NCBI GenBank assembly: GCA_002269645.1
Contig: NIVC01002796.1
Span: 1-64,000 of the forward strand
Direction of reading: 5' to 3'
Source of the DNA: Macrostomum lignano
Taxonomy: Eukaryota
DNA length: 64,000 nucleotides
Shown: positions 55,201 through 64,000 of the stretch, piece after piece
Position numbering within the stretch: the first letter of the stretch is position 1
Layout of the letters: each line of letters starts with the position of its first letter
Made by a program: the position numbers and the translations under genes
The notes under the pieces: generated by a model
The model's database searches: none
What the model was told of the DNA's origin: nothing
The model's input: only the letters and a program-made list of their open reading frames with translations

Positions 55201-58200
55201 GGTTGCGATGCCCTCTCTGGTTTACTAAAGTCACCAATAGCTGGTTGTGATGCCCTCTCTGGTCCACTAAAGTCACCAATAGCTGGTTGTGATGCCCTCT
55301 CTGGTCCACTAAAGTCACCAATAGCTGGTTGCGATGCCCTCTCTGGTCCACTAAAGTCACCAATAGCTGGTTGCGATGCCCTCTCTGGTTCACTAAAGTC
55401 ACCAATAGCTGGTTGTGATGCCCTCTCTGGTTACTAAAGTCACCAATAGCTGGTTGTGATGCCCTCTCTGGTTTACTAAAGTCACCAATAGCTGGTTGTG
55501 ATGCCCTCTCTGGTTTACTAAAGTCACCAATAGCTGGTTGCGATGCCCTCTCTGGTTCACTAAAGTCACCAATAGCTGGTTGTGATGCCCTCTCTGGTTA
55601 CTAAAGTCACCAATAGCTGGTTGTGATGCCCTCTCTGGTTACTAAAGTCACCAATAGCTGGTTGCGATGCCCTCTCTGGTTACTAATGTCACCAATAGCT
55701 GGTTGCGATGCCCTCTCTGGTTACTAAAGTCACCAATAACTGGTTGTGATGCCCTCTCTGGTTACTAAAGTCACCAATAACTGGTTGTGATGCCCTCTCT
55801 GGTTACTAATGTCACCAACAGCTGTTGCGACGCCCTCTCCGGGTCACCTAAAGTCAACTACAGCGGTTGTGGTGCCCTACCAGCTTGTCACTTGGTAAAT
55901 TTGTCAGACCAAACCGAAATCCATTTCATGCTATCCATTCACATTAGCTCCGTCTCACCTGCAAAGCCTTGATCCCTAGAGTCATGGTAGCTCTGAGGTT
56001 CTCAGCCTGAGATTTGGCTTCTGACTGGCGCGCCTTTTGTTGCGAGATCAGCAGACGGCGCTCTTTGATGTTGGCCGTGGACATCTGCAGGCGATTTCGC
56101 ACCGCGTAAAAGAACACTTCTTCCTTCGTGTGTAGAAAGTAGTTCAGCATGCTCTCCTGTTGGAATAACAAAATTAGGTTAATTGCTTTAAGTAGTAAGG
56201 TGTGTGTTTTTTATACTGTTTTACGAAATATGCGTGACATACCTGAACCCTCTCATTAGCGTTAAACAGCATCATGCCAAGCAGTGAAAGCACCTCCTTG
56301 GCTACTAGGCTGCTGGTGGAAGCCAGATGCGGCAAAGCGTGCTTCACTAGTTCGAACGAGTTGAGCGTTGTTTGAATGTCCGATATGTTGCGAAGGCCCC
56401 TGAAAATCGATTTATTTTGCGTTGTAAAAATTCTAACAAAGTTTTTTCTTGAATGATGAATTGTCGTCATCTAGATCTCTAGAGAGATTTATTTAAAAAT
56501 GAGTAGAAAAAATAAGACAAAAGTTTTGCCCCGTGTGAGGATCGAACTCACGGCCTTCAGATTATGAGACTGACGCGCTACCTACTGCGCTAACGAGGCA
56601 ACTGGCACCATATTGCCCGAGAAAGGCATTTCACTAATACTCCTATATAAGGTCTCTATACTCACTTTTTCACTCGAAACTCCGTGGTTCGAACCTCCCA
56701 GTCAGCCGGGAGTTTTCTCTCCTCGTTGTGCATGAAGGCGCGCAGAATCTGCAGGATGCGAACCGTCAGGCGCTCTTGCTCGCGTCGGAGCTTCGTCTCC
56801 GTGCTCGTAGTTGGCACGTGGGTGGTGCCGCTGGTTGTCGCACAGATTCTTCGGGTTGAATAATTAAATTCCTAGATCAGCTAGGGATTCGTTTAATGAA
56901 TCTTGTTTAACCGCCCTACCTGAGTCCGTTGACCAGCAGCGCGCCCAGTTTGTACCGCTGCTCAGGCTTCCGGCTGCCCATGCCGATGAGGCAGCGCACG
57001 TGACTCTGAAACTCCTCGTCGAGGGCAGCGCCTCGTCGCCTCCGATTGTGGTGTACTCTGCGTGCGACAGTCAGACAGTAGTGCAAATGTACGATTAAGC
57101 ATCCTTACTGTAGTGAGGCATAAAAGTTGTAAAAGTACTGACTGCACTACCTCTATTGGAGTTGACCTTCAATTGCGCTTTCACCGTGTTGTGACCGCCC
57201 CACAGCAGGCTGAGATTAACAGCCAACGATTTTAGCTTAGTGTTGAGAATGATCTCCTGTTCATAATACTCTTTGTTTCCCTGAAAGTGTTTAGATTCAA
57301 ACAAAATAGCTACACTGAGCAATGGCAACGTGAATTTTTCGTCAAGTACTAAGCGCGCTGTTCGTACCGATTTCATCTGGGACACTGTGTCCTGCAGTTT
57401 AGTGCCTTTGCCGATGTTCTCCACCACTGGCTCCATGATCTGCGTGATTGCAACAATTTGGATAGCGGTTTTGGTGCAAGCTACAGGGGGTGTAGCCTAG
57501 TGGTTAGAGCGTCGGACTCACGACTTGAAGGTCGGGGGTTCGATTCTCGACCCCACTGGAACAATTTGTGTCCTTGAGCAAGACACTTAACTCTGCACTG
57601 CTTCAGTTCACCCAGCTGTAAAATGGGTGCCAGCATTAGCTGGGGGTAATTGAGGCTGTGTGGCGACCCCCCCCCCCCCAAGTCCTTGGACTGAACAGCC
57701 GTACGCAGCCTTCAGATGCGCCGCGCAATAGCTGCGGCTGAGCTGTCGGTTGCAAATCTGACCATTTGGGCAGGTGTAATCAATTATTACTATGAAGGGC
57801 AGTCTGTAAGGCCCAGCATCAGGTGTCTATAGTACGTGTCTACCCGTATGTCCGTATGTGCCTGCATCAGCATCCACATGCCTGCTCAGGCGAGCTTATG
57901 TGCGCGAAGACTTCAATGGTGTGCTCAGTCACCCGACTCGTAAAGCCATCATCGAAAGCAAAACAGATTAGAAAACTTACCGAGGGGGATGTGAGCTGCG
58001 CTTCACGATGCAGCTGAGGCAGCTGACCATCTGCGTCAGCACCTTCGGCTCCACAACAATGGAAGCCAGCTGGCAGCAGAACTCCACCGCGCCTGTAGTC
58101 ATGCGGTCGAATATCTCGCGCTCGTTTTGAAAGTCTTTGTCCTCATCGACTACGTAGAACTTCTGCGCGAACGCCTGCAGGAAAGGAAACACCGCGTCGA

Positions 58201-61200
58201 ACACGTAGTGCAGCGACGAGTGCCCGCGGTAGTCGTCTTCCCTCATTTTAACCACCGCGCTGAAATCGTAGAGTGAAACTGCGTCATGCTTGCTACTGTA
58301 GCTAGTATATTTGGGCTTGAGACTTACTTTTCAAGGTTGAGTTTTAACGGCTTAGATTCGTCCTCAGAGACTAGGGACGAGCAAAGCGGACAGGTATCGT
58401 GAAGTCGCATTCTGCGAATGTGATTGTCAATACAAACCGTAGATGCAGCTAAGCTCCTCAATGACTAATTGAAGGCATTTTCAAGGACTACTAAATTACA
58501 CGCAAAATAGTTTGTACATCTAACGCAACTGGACAATGCCGGTAGCTTGGCTGATTCAGAGAAGCTCATGCAGTTTAACTTACTTTCAGCCAAACTGAGT
58601 CAAGTAAAGGTGATCGAAGGCCTCAAAACAAAGAAATATTGCGTTATAAAATTATTGATATCAGGCATTTTATACATTTTAAGATAGCTTTGATAAAACA
58701 ACGCTGCATAAACGAAAATCTCACATCTTAGGAAATGGCTTTGCAGTCATAAAGTACACCGTGTCCCTGTCTGCATCGTCCCGAATCCAGTAGGCCAGTC
58801 CAAGGAGCTCTCGTCCCAGATGATCCAGGTAGTCCCAGATTTGCCTGGGTATTTTTTAATACAAGGTTTCTTATTGTTATATCAGCGATTCTTTATAGAT
58901 ACAAAATGGATATCAGGATCCTTGTGTGCTAAGAAGGCCATCTTGCAACGACATAGCAACTAATTTACGCAACAGCGAACTAAAGAAAACAGTTTATTTA
59001 ATTATTTTTCTAGCGCACATAGAAGGCAACCGAAAAAAAACTAAGCAAATAAAAAAGTGACATTGAGGAGTTCTAATGGAAAAAACAGTAAAGAAGCAGA
59101 AATCTTCTTACCATGTAACACTGAAAATGGTAGAAAGTAAAGTTAATTATATATTGGTAAAAATACCAAGAAATTCGTAACCTAAAAGCGAGTACAGCGC
59201 ACTTACCTATCATGAATGATGTCTAGCGATCGATTCTCTCCCGCCGCGGCCGTGGTCTTCATGTAAGCAAAAAACATGTACCGAAGAAATGGCTTCTTCA
59301 GGTGGTTTTCCACGTCGGGATCGTTGAGAATGCCGAGAATCTCCTGCACGCTGAGGATGGTCTGACAGAGCGATTCGATGTAGCGGTTCTCGCCTCGGCG
59401 CAGGTGGCCAACAGGTCGATGAAGCTGACGAGGTACTGGCAGTGATCGGCCCCTCTGTTGCCATTCAGGACGTCCATTCTGCATGTGGCAAATTTAAACC
59501 GATGAAGTTTCGTTGCTACCCTGTTGTTAACTAAAAGCTGACGAGGTACTAAATGAAAGTCACGTAATAACCTGAGTTTTATTTGTCGTGCTTCCTCCAA
59601 AAGGCAAAGCAGATGGACAATAACCTGCTTAAGGTACTAACTTATGCTTGGAATTCCTTGGAATTAAGGTGTACATGCCTGACGATTAGAAAGTCAGGTA
59701 CACTCTGTACACCCTGACTTTATGACTTTATACACCCTGTACACCCTGTGTGAGCGTGTGTATGAGTGCGTGCCTGAGTACAGTACTGGCGCGCTTGCAT
59801 GTGCTCAGGAGTCAGCGGAATGGGCAGAATTGCCTCCGCGCTGGTTGTGGGACAATGGTGGCCACATAGTCTTACTCCGAATGCATACTTAATATAGGCG
59901 TGTTTTAAAAACTTTAAGACCCACCTGTCCTTGACGCTGCACTGCTCAAGAATGTAGGCCACGCGGCTGTAGTTCTGCATGATATACTTCATCACGAGAG
60001 TTTGATTTCGCTTCAGCGCTAATCCGGTGCCCTCCACCTTGACGATGGCGACAGCAGTTCGAGAAACTCGGGCGCCCTCTCCTGGTGCTCGGCCACCAAG
60101 TACACAATTCGCAGAATCTGCTTGGGCAGAACGCGCAGGCAGAGCTCTTGGTTGTTGGCAAACACCTCCTTGAGCGCCAAGGCCAGGTCGGACTCGACGA
60201 GACGCACGCGAAGTAAGTCATCCAGGTGAGCGAATACCTGCTCCTGAACATCCGGATACCGAAGCGTCAGGGCTTTCAACAGGCGGACCGCCTTTCTAAG
60301 CACCCCGGCCGTCTCTACGTAGTTTTCGGACAGCTGAGCGTCCGTCTCCGTGGCCAAGATGTCGAATATGACGGGTAGAATGTCTGCAACAAAATCAGTG
60401 ACCCATAGCTGAAAGAAGCTCGAACAGACGAATCCAAAAGTGTTCTGTAAAGTCACTTCAACAGCGAGATAAACAGGGATATGAAACCGTGGCTTACTAT
60501 GACTGATCATAAGCCGTTGGTTCATCGGATGCGGCTCCTCCTCAGCCTTGGGCAGGTGGCAGAGTTCGTACAGTTCGCCCAGGATGGTCTGCATCTTGCG
60601 CGCCTGCTCCGCGTCCATTTGCTCCTGGCTGTCATGCGCAGCAGAGGCACCTGCTTGCTGACCTCGCGATGAACCCGACAGGAGTCCGGCGTTGTCAGCA
60701 CCAGCGAGTTGATTGCCCGTTGAAACATTGAGCTCTTGGATGAGTAGAGCTTGTTGAGCAGCTGCAGCGATAGCTCCACCATGGGGTCGTACTCATAGTT
60801 AGCGAGATCCTGCAAGTCAGCAAATTGATGCTTTCGAATGGCGTATCGAAATTGGTTGAGATTGTTAGTATTAACCCAATCAGTAGCATGAGGGCTGTTC
60901 AACGGTAGAATGAGGCTTTCAACGGTAGAATGAGGGCTGTTCAACGGTTAGAATGAGGCTTTCAACGGTAGAATGAGGGCTGTTCAACGGTAGAATGAGG
61001 GCTGTTCAACGGTAGAATGAGGCTGTTCAACGGTAGAATGAAGGCTGTCAACGGTAGAATGAGGGCTTTCAACGGTAGAATGAAGGCTGTTCAACGTAGA
61101 ATGAGGGCTGTTCAACGGTAGAATGAGGACTGTTCAACGGTAGAATGAGGCTGTTCAAGTAGAATGAGGGACTGTTCAACGGTAGAATGAGGACTGTTCA

Positions 61201-64000
61201 ACGGTAGAATGAGGGACTGTTCAACGGTAGAATGAGGACTGTTCAACGGTTAGAATGAGGACTGTTCAACGGTAGAATGAGGACTGTTCAACGGTAGAAT
61301 GAGGACTGTTCAACGGTAGAATGAGGACTGTTCAACGGTGTAGAATGAGGGCTGTTCAACGGTAGAATGAGGCTGTTCAACGGTTATAGAATGAGGGCTG
61401 TTTAATGGTAGAATGAGGACTGTTCAACGGTAGAATGAGAGACTAAGGACACAAATTTCTCATGCTATCACCATAGCAAGAGGAAAATTGTTTCCAGCTC
61501 CTCATAATCTCAGATTATTGAAATCAAAACTCACAATGAGAATTGCAGTCAAATTGTCGGTGTCAAGGTAACGCGACGATTCATCAAACATGATTCGCAG
61601 CTCCTTGCGGATTGCATTCTGCTTCTTTCTGGCGCTCCTGAATGTGATGGGAGGGGGAGAGAGAGAAATATGAAAAAAATATTTACAGGAGGGTGGTGGG
61701 CACCATGATGCAACGCTGTCAGCGACATCTTACCACAACTAACGCTGAGGCAATTCTGTCCTTTTCGCTGACTCCTGACACAGCAAGCGCGCCAATACTG
61801 TACGCAGGCGCGCACTCATGCACACGCTCACACAGGTGTACAGCTGCTCTTTGACTTTCTAATTGTCAAGCATGTGGCTTCTCAAGTCAACTGCTCTGCC
61901 CTTGAGAGAGGAGAGTGTTTAAAACAATTTGAGCAAAACCTTGTCATCATTGTGTTGAGAATGAATTACTTTTTAGTGTCGAAGGAGTCGAACGAACTGT
62001 ACAGAGCTGGCACCATCGGGTGGCGCGCCTGCTTCTTCTTCACTTCGCTCATCTCGCAGTCTTTGAACTTGGAAATGAACGACTGAAAGTTTCAATAGAG
62101 CAATTATGCTTCAGTATTTTGCAATGAGATTGCGACTCGCACAATCGGGAACTCACGGCCAGTCTGGCGTTCTCCTGGAACGTCATCACCAGGTCCAGCA
62201 CCCGCAGCGCGGCATGCTTGGCGTTGACGATGCGAGAGTCTGCGGACTCTTCTTGTAGCGATCGTGCTGCTTAAAACGTTGCACAATTTTCTTGTTGTCC
62301 TTCGTGTAGTCGCTGGTGGTCAAACAGAGACATCAGAGGGTTGGTGCTTAGATCAAAGCTATCGAAACTGAGTTAAATCGCTGGTTTGTCCAATACATAC
62401 AGACTGGTTCGATTTTCTTGGACTGGAATTTCCGAACGCTTATTTCACTTAAGCTACGGTACTAAGCGACAAACAGTGACGGTACGAGCGTATATATTCC
62501 ATGGTCTACGCTGTTCAAGATTAAGAAGGTGCTTATCCAACCTGCTTAGCCTAGTGGGGGTTGTAGCCTAGTGGTTAGAGCCGTCGAACTCACGACTGAA
62601 AGGTCGAGGGTTCGATTCCCGATCCCACTGGAACAATTTGTGTCCTTGAGCAAGACACTTAACTCTGCATTGCTTCAGTTCACCCAGCTGTAAAATGGGT
62701 GCCAGCATTAGCTGGGGTAATTGAGGGTGTGTGTGTGTGTGTGGCGACCCCCCAGTCATTGACTGAACAGCCGTACGCAGCCTTCAGATGCGCCGCGCAA
62801 TAGCTGCGGCTGAGCTGTCGGTTGCACATCTGGCCACTAGGCAGGTGTAATAATCAATTATATTATATATTATTATTGTCGATCTGGCATTTTTCATCCA
62901 TATTGACCAAACTTTCAGAGTCAAAAAGTACATTTACTAATATGTCTAATACCAATACGTCTCAGTCGCACCTCTTCCCTGGCTGCTTTTGTCAAGGCAG
63001 AAACGCGTACGTCGTTTTCGCCGTTCAGCAGATTCTTCAACGGCCGGCAGCAGCATGGCCAAGTCGTGCACGTCGCCATAGTAGCCAAAACTTTCACCAG
63101 GTAGTGCAGTAGTAGCGAAGCACCTGCCGATCAGCCATGTTGTTGGGTATCTGGGCAGCGACCATGAAGCGATTCTGGTCGAGAAACTGAGTGACCAGTC
63201 GCGATATCACGGGGAACACCGTGATGAGGTCTTTTGCCGCCTGAGAAATTGTCAAATTAGGTTTAAACACACGCTTAAATGTTCTTCTTGGACAATCGCA
63301 TCTTGGACAATTTTATACACTAGGTGTCAGCAAGAAGCAGGTGCTCACATATTGGTCCGGAGCGGTGGCACTGCCGACAGAGTCTTTTGTACCAACGTAC
63401 TCGTAGATAAAGGACAGCTGCGCGACTCTCAACACGGAATAGTTGTTGCCGACGTTAACGAAAAGACCTGTCAATGTCATCGAAAATACGAAGGAATGAA
63501 TCAAGCTGGCACATTCAATACGTTCATTAGTTGGCACCAGCAGTTTACATCAGACACCCCCCGCTCTAACCGATGACAATCTCGCAATACTTGGCGCCGA
63601 AACGCTTGCGCAGACTGTCCGAGGACAGACCGAGGTAGGCCTCCTCCCAGGTAAGGTAGGACAGGTCCTTAGTGATCAGCCTGATGCACTCTTCGTTACG
63701 ACCCTGAAAATAGTCACATGGTAGTGTAGCTCTGGCAAATGAATATCTTAAGTTGAAAAACTACTCAATAACCATCCTTGCTTATTTCCCTGACATTTTT
63801 AACAAAAAACAGCAATTAGTCTATCAGCTTGCGTCACCCACAAGACCCGCTTACGTGGCACAGAGCAATGAACAGATCCAGCTGAGTCCTCAAAAAGCAG
63901 ACACCGCTCCACGCTCTCCTGGTCCGACTCGTCCGGTTGCACGAAAGTCCACTAAACACTACTTCCAGGTCTTCATCTGGGTCGGTGCTGACGTAGGTCT
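43210..64000 (-). CDS. Divergent inositol 1,4,5-trisphosphate receptor-family (IP3R/RyR superfamily) Ca2+ release channel, 3' portion; N-terminus beyond the window
   Basis: More than 20 exons, e.g. 63703-63571, 63467-63349, 63240-~62972, 61637-61535, 60809-60498, 60383-59925, 59478-59207, 57057-56919, 56399-56243, 56156-55959, 54105-53817, 52611-~52330, 47728-47559, 46871-46521, 44841-44704, 43551-43210. Motifs [19 protein letters not shown] (RIH-associated), KIRDF...[24 protein letters not shown]...[17 protein letters not shown]. At least six single-base frame breaks between 57.0 and 63.2 kb. True last exon uncertain. Confidence 0.9.
43634..44465. repeat. 55-bp intronic minisatellite, about 15 copies
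   Basis: Unit CTGCACTTTGACCATTGTTGGTGAGGATGCGAGTCTCAATCTAGTCTTCACTGAT; no spacers. Confidence 0.95.
44895..45385. repeat. 25-bp minisatellite ACAGGCACACGGATTGTGCATGTAC
   Basis: Direct reading; runs into the interspersed-repeat terminus at 45383-45405. Confidence 0.95.
45690..46455. repeat. 24-bp minisatellite AAATGGCGCCCTCTCCGACACCCA
   Basis: Direct reading. Confidence 0.95.
46925..47460. repeat. 20-bp minisatellite AGAGTGACAGAGGAGACAGT
   Basis: Direct reading. Confidence 0.95.
47790..48340. repeat. 14-bp minisatellite CTAGAGACAACTGA
   Basis: Direct reading. Confidence 0.95.
48830..49300. repeat. ~24-bp minisatellite with 72-bp higher-order structure; most units contain TCTGATTGGCT (reverse CCAAT box)
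   Basis: Direct reading; the 72-bp period appears as a 24-aa repeat in the spurious ORF 48871-49149. Confidence 0.9.
49950..50210. repeat. Purine-rich GGGTGGGGAGAAGA-type repeat
   Basis: Direct reading. Confidence 0.9.
51040..52215. repeat. 26-bp minisatellite GATCATTATGGGATTCTGGTGATGGA, about 45 copies
   Basis: Direct reading. Confidence 0.95.
52860..53241 (+). mobile_element. 5'-truncated non-LTR retrotransposon (LINE) remnant, antisense in an IP3R intron
   Basis: C-P-F-C-x8-H-x4-C knuckle (52933-52986, one extra C in a homopolymer) typical of ORF2 C-termini, followed by a 3' UTR-like stretch and a (TCAAG)-type tail. Confidence 0.65.
54950..55850. repeat. 42-bp minisatellite CACTAAAGTCACCAATAGCTGGTTGCGATGCCCTCTCTGGTC
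   Basis: Direct reading; 41-bp variants in the 3' half. Confidence 0.95.
56527..56599 (-). tRNA. tRNA-Met(CAT), elongator, intact, in an IP3R intron
   Basis: GCCTCGTTAGCGCAGTAGGTAGCGCGTCAGTCTCATAATCTGAAGGCCGTGAGTTCGATCCTCACACGGGGCA: well-formed cloverleaf, about 1 nt different from the remembered vertebrate elongator tRNA-Met; TTTT terminator follows. Confidence 0.95.
57486..57793 (+). mobile_element. CORE-type tRNA SINE, copy 2
   Basis: Same head/CORE/tail as 16627; ends in GGCAGGTGTAATCAATTATT. Confidence 0.88.
60880..61440. repeat. 22-bp minisatellite GGTAGAATGAGGGCTGTTCAAC with many 1-nt indels
   Basis: Direct reading. Confidence 0.92.
62556..62876 (+). mobile_element. CORE-type tRNA SINE, copy 3
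   Basis: Same structure; internal (GT)n expanded; AT-rich (ATT)-like tail. Confidence 0.88.

Noticed and set aside
57020-63140. Programmed ribosomal frameshifting in IP3R
   Set aside because: Too many sites, mixed contexts, no slippery heptamer plus stimulator; indel errors explain them better.

Overview
Eukaryotic (invertebrate metazoan) genomic DNA with GC-rich exons and GT-AG introns, many of which carry their own minisatellite. The style is reminiscent of a free-living flatworm such as Macrostomum; this is an impression, not a determination. Gene order: 3' part of a SARA/endofin (ZFYVE9/16)-like gene (+); three tandem genes for type-I membrane proteins with two C-type-lectin-like domains and a Thr-rich mucin stalk (+, third copy with an in-frame TAG); an ankyrin-repeat/TRPM-type channel (-); a RING-less MEX3-like KH protein (-); a Nemo-like kinase (+); and the 3' ~21 kb of a divergent IP3-receptor-family channel (-) whose pore lacks the canonical GGGVGD filter. 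Also present: an intact intronic tRNA-Met, a degenerate tRNA-Arg, three CORE-type tRNA-SINE copies, a MITE-like element whose terminal repeat seeded a 1.6-kb satellite, a LINE 3' remnant, and an unclassified repeat found as three inward-facing pairs that each bracket host exons. Most long ORFs in the supplied track are artefacts of simple repeats. Exon boundaries were read by eye and family assignments come from remembered motifs, not searches.
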